NCBI RefSeq assembly: GCF_009914755.1
Contig: NC_060947.1
DNA from: the human T2T-CHM13v2.0 reference genome, Homo sapiens
Length of the DNA: 64,000 bases
Strand: one strand, 5' to 3'
Shown here: one piece after another, positions 39,501-52,000 of the stretch
Numbering within the stretch: position 1 is the first letter of the stretch
Layout of the letters: every line of letters begins with the position of its first letter
Position numbers and translations under genes: made by a program
Notes under the pieces: model-generated
Told to the model about the DNA's origin: nothing
The model's database searches: none
The model's input: the letters and a program-made list of their open reading frames with translations, nothing else

Positions 39501-40779
39501 CGAATCATTGTAATCCCTGAAAGGGATGGGGAGAAAGCAAACAACTTGGAAAACACATTTTCTATAAAAACTTCCTCAACCTGGCTAGAGAGGCCAACAA
39601 TCAAATTCAGGAAATACAGAGAACTGCAAGATTTTACAAGGAAGATTATCCTCAAGATAAAAAAATCATCAGATCTTCCAAGGTTGAAATGAAGAATGAT
39701 AAAGGCAGCTAGAGAGAAAAGGCAGGCCACCTACAAGAAGGAGGAGAAGTGATGTGGTCATTTGGGGGACATACAACGCTCTGGCCATTTGAATTACTCA
39801 AGCTCATGCATTGGCTCTTTTCCATCTCTGCCTGTGGGTGTTCGTTTTACTGCAATGTAGACTGAGGACAGTCAATAAACTTCTATTCTCAATGATTTCA
39901 CCAGGCCAAGGTTTTGTGCAGGGTCTTTATTTGAAGCTGACTTCTTGTCTCTGGTTTCAGAGAGGGGTATGTTAGCGATGTATTTTTGGTGTTGAAGCTG
40001 TGAGGTGTGATCCAGTAGGTGGCACTTAGGTGTGTTGGTCAGTTGGTAGACTCTTGCTTGTTATATGGCTCCCCTATGTTTACTCATAGTTGAATCCATG
40101 TTCCCTTTCAATGCTCTGAAAGTGGCTCCTCTACCTCTGGAGTGCTGGGTGTAGATCATGGCTTGGCACTCCTGGACTGCCCACTGAAGCACTGTGGTGA
40201 TCTCAGTGTTTATGTTTCTTTCCCAGCTTGGAGGCAGCCAAGGGTCTTTTGCTTGTCTCCTGGATGCTCCACCCCACAGAGATGCAGGTCAGCAATTACT
40301 AAGTGCAGTCAGCCCAGGATGGAGGGTCTGTGCTGTGGGCCCAAGCAAGGGATTCCCTGTCTGGTGATGAGCAGTAGAGGATTTGTGGGACCTGTAGGAA
40401 GTGAACTGGCCTCCTCTCCTTTGATTGACTGCAGCTTGTTGGAAGTATAGATAAGGCACTTAGGGTCTTTGCTGTTTCATTAGTCCAAGGGTATCAAGGG
40501 CAGTTCCACTGCAGAGGCAGTGGCAGAGAGGCTTTCAGTTGCCCCCGGAGGCTCTGTCCAGGGAGTTCCCAAGTTGCTACTGGCTCGATTGGTCTGCTGA
40601 GGGGTGGTTGGAGGCCCAGGCCTGGAGCACCTGCTCAGTAAGTAGATATAGGAATGGGCACCAATATAACAGTCTGGCCAATTTTACGTAGGGCTGCTGC
40701 AGTATACTGGAGGCTCACTCCAGTCCCTAGTTGCCTCAGATTTTCCAGTACCTGGAGATATCACCAGTGAAGGTTGTGA

Positions 40780-41645
40780 AACAGCAAAGATGGCAGCCTG
40801 CCCCTCCCTTCAGAAGCTCCATCCCAAGAAGGTATGGACCTGTTGCTGGCCCAAATGCACCTGTAGGAGGTGCCTGGAGACTCCAACTGGGCAGCCCCAC
40901 CCAGTGAGGAAGAACAGGATCAAGGACTTGTTTAAAAAATCAATCTGGCCATGTTCTCGTAGAGCAGCTGTGGTGTGCTGGGGTTCACTTAGCCCTCCAA
41001 TCGCTTCAGACACTCCAAAGCCTGAATTCTGGAATGGTTAAGTCACCCAAACAGCACAGATGGCAGCCCGCCCCTTCCTCTGGGAGCTCTGTCCCAGGGA
41101 TCTATGAAATCACCTCTGTCAGCAGGAGAACTCTGGCAGGAGTAGCTTGAGACCCTGGTTGAGAAGTCTCACCCAGTGTAGAGAAATGGTATTAGGGACC
41201 CGCTTAACAAAGCAGTCAGGCCACATTTTTCAAAAGCAGTTGTGCAGTGCAGGGAGACCTCTCCTGTCCCCAGTTGCCTCAGACTCTCCAAAGCCTAAAG
41301 GGCAGAACATCTAAGTTGCCCAAACAGCAAAGATGGTGGCCCACCCCTCCCTCTGGAGCCTCTGTCCCAGGGAGGTTTGAAACTGCTTTGCCAAAGAACA
41401 CAGTGATGGTGGCTGAAGACCCCAGTAAGGAAATCTTGGCAAGTGAGGATGAATGGGATTGGGGACCCACTTAAATCAGCAGCCTGGCCATGTTTGTGGG
41501 GCACCTGTGCTGTGCTGGATGATCCCTTCATACCCTGGTCGGCCTGGACTCTCCAAAGCCCAAAGGCTGGAATGGCTAAGTCACCCAAATAGCAAAGATG
41601 GCGGCCTGTCCCTCCCTCTGGGAGCTTCATCTCAGGGAGGTACAA
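40780..41645 (-). repeat. ~270-bp diverged tandem units in the L1 5'UTR
   Basis: A(C/T)AGCA(A/C)AGATGG...CCCTCCCTCTGG motif recurs at ~40781, ~41051, ~41325 and ~41590. Confidence 0.8.
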
Positions 41646-42163
41646 TGCTGTGACAGGTGGTTGGCTGGATTTCCAAGCCAGTGGGTTTTATTTTGCAATG
41701 TACTGTGGAAGCAGGGCCTGCAGACTGTCACTGCTCAGCCCCCTGCATTCAGCCTTTTTCCTAGGGATATGTACAGGGGTCTAATCTCCCACTTTGCCAG
41801 AGTTCAGCTACTTTAACCAGGAAGCCCAGAAAATCCAGGTATACAAGGCTCCCAGTCTCCACGTGTGCTTGAGTGGCTGCTCTGCCAAGACTCCACGTAG
41901 TTCTGTGCATCAGACTGAAGGCCCTGGTGGAGTGGGTTCTTGAGGGGATCTTCTGACCCAAGGGTTGCAAAGATCCATGGAAGGAAGGAGTGTGGGTTCT
42001 TGGGGTCACACATTCACCCATTGTTTCCCTGGGCAAAGGAGGTTCCCCTGGCTCCATGTTGCTCTTGAGTGGGCCATCATCCTGTTTTGCTTTTCTCCAT
42101 TCTTCATGGGTTGAGTTGTTTCCTTGATTAGTCTCCCAATGTGCATACCAGGATATTTCAGTT

Positions 42164-42539
42164 TGATATGGCTTGACACTGTCCCCACCCAAATCTCACT
42201 GTGAATTGTAATCCCTGTAATCCCCACATGTCAAGAGCAGGACCAGGTGGAGGTAATTGGATCAGGGGGGTGGTTTCCCCCATGCTGTTCTCATGATAAT
42301 GAGTGAGTCTCACAAGAGCTGATGGTTTTATAAGCATCTGGCATCTCCCTTGCTTGCACTCCCTCCATCCTGCCACCCTGCGAAGAAGGTGTCTGCTTCT
42401 CCTTGGCCTTCCACCATGATTGTAAGTTTTCTGAGGCCTCCCCAACAATGTGGACCTGTGAGTCAATTAACCCTCTTTCCTTTATAAATTACACAGTCTC
42501 AGGTATTTCTTCATAGTAGTGTGCGAACGGACTAATACA
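42164..42539 (+). mobile_element. THE1D-like MaLR solo LTR inside the L1 5'UTR
   Basis: TGATATGG...GTCCCCACCCAAATCTC...GGACTAATACA; 5-bp TSD CAGTT at 42159-42163 and 42540-42544. Confidence 0.92.
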
Positions 42540-43091
42540 CAGTTGAAGGTGTTGTATTTACTTGCCCCTTCCATTCTTCTCCACGAGAGAAACACACACT
42601 AGCTGTTTCTTAGTTGGCTATCTTGGCCACCTCCCCTTAATAACTTTTTGGCTGCTATTTGGGAGGGCTGTACAGGGGCTGTCACACAGTAGTCTGCCAT
42701 AATGATTATCTTGTGTAATATTGGTTCCTTTTAAAAGAGAATTTCATAGCCAGGTTATTAGTTGCTACATATAATGTAAATTTCAAACCATGGAGATCTT
42801 TAGTAAAGTTTACTCATCTGTCTTCTAATTTTAAAATGAATATTCATGTTTGTATTAACATACTTTGCAAGAGTGGTTATTATATGCACACATACATAAA
42901 ATCTTTTACTTCTGATATTTGCCTATAATTTGGCCATCTAATTATATGTAATGATAAAAATGCAAGTATTTTGTACAAGACAATCAATCACCAGCAGGGG
43001 AGACTACAATTATATCCTTTAGCCAAACATTGTCTTTGTAAATTGAAGACCAGCAACTGGTACATCAGTAGTCTTAAAAGTAAAGGAGTAA

Positions 43092-44915
43092 GCAAACTGC
43101 AAAAATCAGTTGTATTTCTATATGCTAGCGGCAGAGAATTTGAAAAGAAAATTAAGGAAACAATTCCCCTTGCAACAGCATTAAAAAGAATAAAATATTT
43201 GAAATTAAATTTAACCCAAGAGGAGCAAGATATGTACACTAAAAACTACAAAACATTGCTGAAGGAAATTAAAGAAGGACAAAACAAATGGGAAGGCACT
43301 CCATGCTCATGCATTGAAGGACTTAATATTGTTAATATGACAATACTACCCAAAGGTATTTACAGATTCAACTCAATCTCTAGGAAAACCAACAGCACAT
43401 TTTTCAGAAATTGAACAAAAAATTTTAAAAGTCTTATAGAATTGTAAGCAATGCTGTATAGCCAAAACAGTCTTAAAAATAGTAAAGTTGGAAGACTCAG
43501 GCTTTCTGATTTCAAAACTACTACAAAGATACTGTAATTAAAAGTGTTGGACTGGCATATGGATAGCCTTATAGATGAATGGAAGAAAATTAATAGTATA
43601 AAAACAAGCCCATATATTATGGTCAATTGATTTTTGACAAGGGTAGGAGAAGAATACTGGCTTCAACGAATGATACTGTGACAACTGTATATCCATATTA
43701 ACAAGAATAAACCTCAGCACAATATATTAAAAATAAGTCAAAATAAAACAAAAATATAAATGTAAGAGCTAAAACTATAAAACTCATGAAAGAAAACATA
43801 CCGGTAAATTTTCCTGACATTGGATTTAGCAGTGGATTCTTAGACAAGACATTAGAAACACAAGCAAAAAGAGGAAAAACTAGATCAATTGGGTTTCATC
43901 AAAATTATAAATGTTTGTGCCTATCAAGAACATGAAAATAAAACTTCTAGAATAGGAGAAAATATTTGTAAATCATATATATGATACAGTTTGAACATCC
44001 AGAATATATAAAACCAACCCTTAAAACTCAACAATAAAAAGACAAAAAAACACTGTTAGAAAACGGGCAAAGAACTTGAATAGGCATTTGTTTGAAGAAC
44101 ATATACAAATGACCCACAGGCACGTGAAAAGTATATTAGTCATTATGAAAATGCAAATCAAAGCCACAATTACTTTATGCCCACTATGATGGCAATAATA
44201 ATAATAATATGGAAAGAAACAAGCATTGGCAAGGATGTGGAAAAATGGAACTTTTGTACATTGCTTGTGAGAATGTGAAATGGTGCAGTCACTGTGGAAA
44301 ACAATTTGACAGTTCCTCAAAAAGTTAAACAGAATTTCCATGTGACCCAGCCATGGCACTCCTAGTTATATACACTAAAAACTGAAAACAGGTAATTCAA
44401 ACAGATATTTATACATTAATGTCCCTAGTCAGTTTTCACAATAGCCAAAAGGTGGAAATAGCACAAATGTCCATTACTTTATGAATGGGTAAATAAAATG
44501 TGGTATATCCATGCAATGGAATATTACTCAGCTATAAAAAGGATTGAGGTACTACTTCATGTGAAAACATGAATGAACCTTGGAAAAATGCTGAGTGAAA
44601 GAAGTCAGACACAAAATTTCACATATTGGTTTACTCTATTTCCATGAAATATGCAAAATAGGTAAACCCATAGAGAAAAAAACAAATTATTCATTGCCAA
44701 GGGTTGGGGGAGGGAGAAATGGGGAGTATCTGCTTGACAGGTCTCTTGCAGATCATGAAAAAGTGATGGAACTAGATGGAGGTAATGGTTGCATAACATT
44801 GTGAATGTACCAAATGCCACTGAATTCTACACCTTAAAATGGTGGATTTTTTGTTATGTATATTCCACCTTGATAAAAAAGTTTTTAAAATTTAAAAATT
44901 AAAAAAATAAAAACA
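43092..44915 (+). mobile_element. L1MB-like ORF2 3' part and 3'UTR
   Basis: ORF 42971-43414 (QKSVVFLY...NYKTLLKEIKE...PCS); 3'UTR and A-rich tail. Confidence 0.88.
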
Positions 44916-45504
44916 AATGAAAGGCATAATGCCCTAGACTTTGCTAAGCCTAATGGAAACCCTGGTTTACCTTGGACTACAGCAATGTAAGGAATCTAAA
45001 TTAATTTCCATCCACTCCCACATCCCAGTTATTTATTATTGGCATTTTGACTTATTTAAGAATTGTTCTTTATACTTTCAAAAAGTTTTATTCAGTGCTA
45101 TTTAATTTTACAATAAATAATTAAATATCATTTATAGGAGATGTTTTTGTGTTAATATGCTTCTGGCCATTGTGTTTTGAAGAGTATGAAGGAAACCAGA
45201 TATGGCATGAACTTAGTGAGTCCTTTCCTTTCAAACTCTAGGGGCCACATTGTTAGTTTGGTCATATGCATACATTTTTGTTGTTGTTGTTTAATATACT
45301 CATTAGTAGGTAGTTACCAAGACTGATTCTGGGCAAATGATGAAAAGGAACACTATTTTCAATGCCTGATGTTGGATACAGAGTGCGAGTAAAGGGGTTT
45401 CCACATCCCAGTCAACTAGAATTCTAAAATTCTTTTTCACCTTCTCACATACCCTAAATGACTTTTCTCAGACTTTCATTGGCACTAAAATACACATTTT
45501 AAAA

Positions 45505-45814
<310 letters not shown>

Positions 45815-45817
45815 CTA

Positions 45818-46330
45818 AAAAAATCTGTTGAGCACCTACATGTGTCAGAAATTGCTCTAAATTTCAGGGAAACAAAGGGAAATAGTTCATGAAACTTTGA
45901 CCTTAAGGTGCTTGTATTCTAGAAGGGGAAAACATTCAAAGAAAAAAATAGTGCAAAAGGGTTTTATGTTCTATAATAAGTGTAAGAGCAGAAAAATTGG
46001 GATAAAAATGAGTCAAGTTCTACCTGGACAATAGAGTTGAAAGGTAATAAAGCTATAAATGTGGTCAGGAAAGGCTTCAAAGAGGAGATGACCTTGTACA
46101 TTACTCCTGAGATAAGTGAAGCCAAGTATAAGGTATAAAGGGGCATTCCAGAAAAAAAAAGTACAGAAATAAAATGCAAAGAGGTATAAAATAACATGAT
46201 ATATTTGCAAAACTAAAAGCATGCCACAAGTTTAAAAATGTCAGATGCTGAAGTGGCTATGGTAGGGTACTAAGCAAGAGAGAAGACCAGAAGAGCTGAT
46301 AGGAGAAAGCCAAAAGCAGCAACAATTTGC
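45818..46330 (-). mobile_element. L2 3' region
   Basis: TGTTGAGCACCTACATGTGTCAG...; GTGGTCAGGAAAGGCTTC...AGAGGAGATGAC. Confidence 0.65.
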
Positions 46331-46349
46331 TCTGATGTTAATGGCAGAC

Positions 46350-46817
46350 TGTATGGGTTGAACTGTGCCTGCGCCCCCCCCAGCCCCAATTTATATGTTA
46401 AAATCCTAACCCCCATACCTCTGATTGTGACCTTATTTGGAAATAGGGTCATTGCAGACATAATTAATTAAGATAAAGTCATACAGAAGAAAGATGGGCA
46501 CCTAATCCAATATGACTGGTGTTCTTATGTATTAAAATTAAAAAAAAAAAAAAACAAGTGAAAAAGACAGATACGCACAGAAGGAAGGCAGTGTGAAGAA
46601 ACAGGGAGTACACCATCTACAAGCCAAAAGATTCCTAAAGCTACCAGAAGTAGAAGAAGGGCCTGAAACTGATGCTTTCTCACAGCCATCAGAAGAAACC
46701 AACCTTACTGACACCTTGATTTTAGACTGAGCCTCCAAAACTGTGAGACAATAAACTTCTCCTGTTTAAACCACAAAATTTGTGCACATTGTTATGCAGC
46801 CCTAGAAAATTAATACT
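46350..46817 (+). mobile_element. MaLR LTR, MLT1B/C-like
   Basis: TATGGGTTGAACTGTG...TGTGACCTTATTTGGAAATAGGGTC...GCAGCCCTAGAAAATTAATAC. Confidence 0.85.
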
Positions 46818-47149
46818 GATGATATTTGGCCACAAGTCTTAGGAATATTTGATTCATGCCCTGCCAGTTGCATCCTCTCCAACCTTCACCTACCCACGTG
46901 AGGTTCCCAAAGAAGACATATGTATGAACAGCAGTATCACCTTAAGATTAAAGCTATGCCCAGGCCAGTTACCCCAGTTCTGAGATTTCTGTTAAATACG
47001 TGCTGAATTGTGTAACTTAGCAAAAGGTTAAGCAAAATAGCCACATATCTCCAATGCAGAATCCAAGCTGTTGCATCTTGCCATCTGTTGGCCAGGTGCA
47101 TAGATAAAGAAGTTTTTTAAAAAGCTGAGAGAACCCAATAAGGGTAGAT

Positions 47150-47405
47150 TTGAATTTCCTGGCCTCCAAAACTGTGAGAAAATTAATTTTTATTGTTTAT
47201 AAATTACTCAGTCTCAGGTATTCTGTTATAGCAGCACAGAAAAATACAGAAAATGATACCAGGAGAGGGGCCTCAGGAGAAATCAATTCTGCTGGCACCT
47301 TCTTCCTGGCCTCCTAGCTTCCATAACAGTGAGAAGATAAATTTATATTGTTTAGGCCGCCCAACCTGTGGTATTTTGTTATGTCAGCCATAATAAACGA
47401 ATATA
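47150..47405 (+). mobile_element. Two tandem MaLR LTR 3'-end fragments
   Basis: GGCCTCCAAAACTGTGAGAAAATTAA...GTTATAGCAGCAC and GAAATCAATTCTGCTGGCACC...GTGGTATTTTGTTATG. Confidence 0.6.
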
Positions 47406-47409
47406 AGCC

Positions 47410-48822
47410 CCTCTAATACATTTTTCATTGCTCTTATTATACTTTTAGATTCCAGAATTGCTGTCTTTTTAAAAAATAACATACATCTTAGTTGGCATTC
47501 TGTATTTAGTGAGCCATAATTTTCATACTTTGCCTTAGTTATTTATACACAATTTCCTTTAGCTCTTCGAGCATATAAACCTCATTTAAAGTTTTTGCCT
47601 AGTAAGTCCAACTTCTAGGCTTCCTCAGAAACAGTTTCTATTCGCTGTTTCCTCTCTTTCCCCATGTATAGAACATACTTCCTTGATGCTTCCATATCTC
47701 ATAGTTACTTTTTACTGAAAACTGTGCATTTTAAATAAGGTAATGTGGCAATTCTGAATATATATGCCTACTGGCTTTGTTGTTATTGCAGTTTGTTGTT
47801 GTCATTATTATTGCTTTTCTGTTGTTTACAAACTTTTCTAGACTAATTTGGTAAAGTTAATATGTGTTCATCTTCGAGTGTGGCCACTGAAATTTCTCCT
47901 TGGTGCTTGGATAGTTTAATGGACTGTAATAACTGGACAGAGATTTCCTTAAGTCTTGGGAGCCAATAAGTCTACCAGTCTTTGCCTAGAGTCTATGTGT
48001 GTGTTGAAGGACACCTTCAACGCTCAGGCAGGCAGTTTACAGCTCCACCCTTTTCCTTTACTTCCTGATTGTTCATAGCTTCAAGGTCAGGTGTGAGAGT
48101 TTGGGGCCTTCTTAGGTTTTTCCTGAGCATACACACGGCCTTGCATACACACCTGGCCTTCTAGATTCCCAGGAATTTGTTTCAGCTTTTCAGTGTCTTT
48201 TCTTTTTTCTGGCCTAGCAAAAATCTTACCAGTGTCTTTATGAAGATTTCATTCTCCGTCTTTTCTTTTTAAGATTTTTTTATTAGCTCGTTGCCCGAAC
48301 TGTTATCACCACCTTAGGCAGCTGCAAAACTAAACAATCACTAGGGAAATTTTGATTGCTTTTTATAAACACCCCCAGGGAAAAGCTATTCCCACAGAGT
48401 GACCTCTGGGGAAAATTAAATGAAGAAAAGCCTTGTGAGTGGGATTTTCATTTTCCAGGGAGCAGCCAGATAGGTCCATGTCATATGACTGGAAATTGAG
48501 CTTTGGTGGAAGTCCTATTACAATCCCTCCAGGGGCTTCTAGACTGCCGATTTTCACCATTATTTTAGGCTATTGGTTTTCAAGACTACCACAGGGCCGA
48601 GGAGAAGGGGATAGAATTTGGGCAAGTTAAAACAGCACAAGGATTACTTTACTTACTGAGTTTCAGCTGTTTCTCTTGAATAAACACTTCCAGAATTTTT
48701 GTAAGTTGTTAATTTCCAAAATTTTGAAAATGTTGATTTTGACAATTTTTGCCTGTGATCTTGTTGTTTTTATAAGGAGAGGTTTTCAGGGGTTCTTACT
48801 CTGCCATGTCTTCTGACGTCAC
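47410..48822 (-). mobile_element. Old L1M (L1MD/M4-like) 5'UTR and ORF1 start
   Basis: rc start GTGACGTCAGAAGACATGGCAGAGTAAG; TTTAAAGTTTTTGCCTAGTAAGTCCAAC...GCTTCCTCAGAAACAGTTTCTATT motif. Confidence 0.55.
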
Positions 48823-49033
48823 TCCTATCTATTCATTTTTAATTTAATATGTTTGTGGTCATAGAAATTACTTTTTATGCTTTCAATCTTTCTAAAATTG
48901 TGGAGAATTAATTTATAGCTTATCATATGATCTATTTTGGTGAACATACTATAGATATTTAAAAAATTGAGCATTTTGCACTTGGATCTAATGCTCTATT
49001 GATGCCAATTAGATCATGTTTGTTAATATTGTT

Positions 49034-52000
49034 TTGTTTATTTTTATTTTATTTTATGTTGCAGGGTACATGTACAGGATGTGCAGGTTTGTTACCTAGG
49101 TAAATGTGTACCGTGGTGGTTTGCTGTACCTATCAACCCATCACCTAGGTATTAACCCTCACATGCATTAGTTATATATCCTGATGCTCTCCCCCCCTCT
49201 GCCCCCACGACAGGCTCCAGTCTGTGTTGGTCCCCTCCCTGTGTCCATGTGTTCTCATTGTTCAGCTCCTACTTAAAAGTGAGAACTTGCTGTGTTTGGT
49301 TTTCTGTTCCCGTGTTAGTTTGCTAAAGATAATGGCTTCCAGCTCCATCCATGTCTCTGCAAAGGATAGGATCTTGTTTCTTTTTATGCTGCATAGTATT
49401 CCATGGTGTATATGTATCACATTTTCTTTATCCAGTCTATCATTGTTGGACATTTGGGTTAATTCCATGTCTTTGCTATTGTGAACAGTGTTGCAATGAA
49501 CATATGCGTGCACGTATCTTTATAATAGAATGATTTATATTCTTTTGGGTATATACCCAGTAATGTAGTTGCTGGGTCAAATGGTATCTCTGTCTCTAGG
49601 TCTTTGAGGAATCGCCACACTGTCTTCTACAATGGTTGAACTAATTTACATTTCCATCAGCCGTGTAAAAGTGTTTCTATTTCTCCACAGCCTTGCCAGC
49701 ATCTGTTGTTTCTTGACTTTTTAATCACCATTCTGTCTGGCCTGAGATGGCATCTCATTGTAGTTTTGATTTTCATTTCTCTAATGATGAGTGATGTTGA
49801 GCTTTTTTTCATATGTTTGCTGGCCACATAAATGTCTTCTTTTGCAAAGTGTCTGTTCATGTTTTTTGCCTACTTTTTAATGGGGTCATTTTAATTTTTT
49901 CCTGTAAATTTGTTTAAGTTCCTTGTAATTTCTGGATAGTAGACCTTCATTAGATGAGTAGATTGCAAAATTTTTCTCCCATTTTGTAGATTGTCTGTTA
50001 ACTCTGATGATAGTTTATTTTGCTGTGCAGAAGCTCTTTAATTTAATTAGATCCCATTTCTCAATTTTTGCTTTTGTTGCAATTGCTTTTGATGTTTTTG
50101 TCATGAAATCTTGCCCGTGCCTATGTCCTGAATGGTATTGCCTAGATTTTCTTCTAGAGTGTTTACAGTTTGGGGTTTTATATTTAAGTCTTTAATCCAT
50201 CTTGAGTTAATTTTTGTATAAGGTGTAATGAAGGGATCCAGTTTCAATTTTCTGCATATGGCTAGCCAGTTTTCCCAGCACCATTTATTAAATGGGGAAT
50301 CTTTTGCCTATTACTTGTTTTTGTCAGGTTTGTCAAAAATCAGATGGTTATAGATGTGCAGTCTTATTTCTGAGATCTCTGTTCTGTTCCATTGGTCTAT
50401 ATGTCTGTTTTTGTACCAGCACCATGCTGTTTTGGTTACTGTAACCTTGTAGTATAGTTTGAATTCTCCCTCTCTCTGAAGGTGTGATGCCTCCAGCTTT
50501 GTTCTTTTTGCTTAGGATTGTCTTGACTATATGGACTCTTTTTTGGTTTCATATGAATTTTAAAGTGGTTTTTTCTAATTCTGTGAAGAATGCCAATGAC
50601 AGTATAATGAGAATAGCATTGAATCTATAAATTGCTTTGAGGAGTATGGCCATTTTCACGATATTGATTCTTCCTATCTATAAGCATGGAATGTTTTTCC
50701 ATTTGTTTATGTCCTCTCTGATTTCCTTGAGCAGTGGTTTGTAGTTCTCCTTAAAGAGCTCCTTCACTTCCCTTGTTAGCTACACCTAGATATTTTATTC
50801 TCCTTGTAACAATTGTGAATGGGAGTTCCTACATGATTTTGCTCTCTGCTTGTCTATTGTTGGTGTAGAGGAATGCTTGTGATTTTTGCACATTGATTTT
50901 GTATCCTGAGAGTTTGCTCAACTTGATTATCAAATTAAGAAGATTTTGGGCTGAAACAATGGGGTTTTCTGGATAGAGGATCGAGTCATCTGCAAACAGA
51001 CAGTTTGACTTCTTCTCTTCCTATATGGATACCCTTTATTTCTTTCTCTTGCCGGATTGCCCTGGCCAGAAGTTCCAATATTATGTTGAATAGGAGTGGT
51101 GAGAGAGGGCATCCTTTTCTTATGCTGGTTTTCAAGGGGAATGCTTCCAGCTTTTACCCATTCAGTATAATATTGGTTGTGGGTTTGTCATAAATGGCTC
51201 TTAATATTTTGAGTTATTTTCCATCGATACCTAGTTTATTGAGAGTTTTTAACATGAAGGGGTGTTGACTTTTATTGAAGGCCTTTTCTGTGTCTATTGA
51301 GATAATCATGTGGTTTTTGTCTTTGGACCTGTTTATGTGATGAATTACATTTACTGATTTGTGTATGTTGAGCCAGTCTTTCATCCTGGGGATGAAGCCA
51401 ACTTGACTGTGGTGGATAAGCTTTTTGATGTGCTGCTGGATTCGGTTTGCCAGTATTTTATTGAGGATTTTTGCATTGATGTTTATTAAGGATATTTGCC
51501 TGAAGTTTTCTTTTTTGTTGTTGTACCTCTGCCAGGTTTTAGTATCAGGATGATGCTGTTCTCATAAAGTGATTTAGGGAGAAGTCCTTCTTTTTCAGTT
51601 GTTTGGAATAGTTTCAGAAAGAATGGTACCAGCTCCTCTTTGTACATCTGGTAGAATTCAGCTGTAAATCCATCTGGTCCTGGGCTTTTTTTGGTTGCTA
51701 GACCATTTATTACTGCCTCAGTTTCAAAACTTGTTATTGGTCTATTCAGGGATTCCACTTATTCTGGTTCAGTCGTGGGAGTGTAGATGTGTTCAGAAAT
51801 TTATCTGTTTCTTCTAGATTTTCTAGTTTACTTGCATAGAGGTATTTATAATATTCTCTGATGGTTGTTTGTATTTCTGTGGGTTCAGTGATGAAATCCC
51901 CTTTATCATTTTTTATTGTGTCTATTTGATTCTTCTCTCTTTTCTTTTTTATTAGTCTAGCTATTGGCCTATTTTATTAATTTTTTCAAAAAAAAAAACC

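Larger units (their letters stand above)
36696..42635 (-). mobile_element. L1PA15/16-like element, both ends present, internally deleted and rearranged
   Basis: TSD CTTAATAACTTTTT at 36682-36695 and 42636-42649; 5' start rc GGGAGGTGGCCAAGATAGCC; ORF2 fragments 38184-38573 and 38676-38867 jump directly to ORF1 at ~38870. Confidence 0.92.

Noticed and set aside
40780-41645. Regularly spaced repeated motif resembling an array
   Set aside because: Whole diverged tandem units of an L1 5'UTR, not repeat-spacer architecture; eukaryotic context with no cas genes
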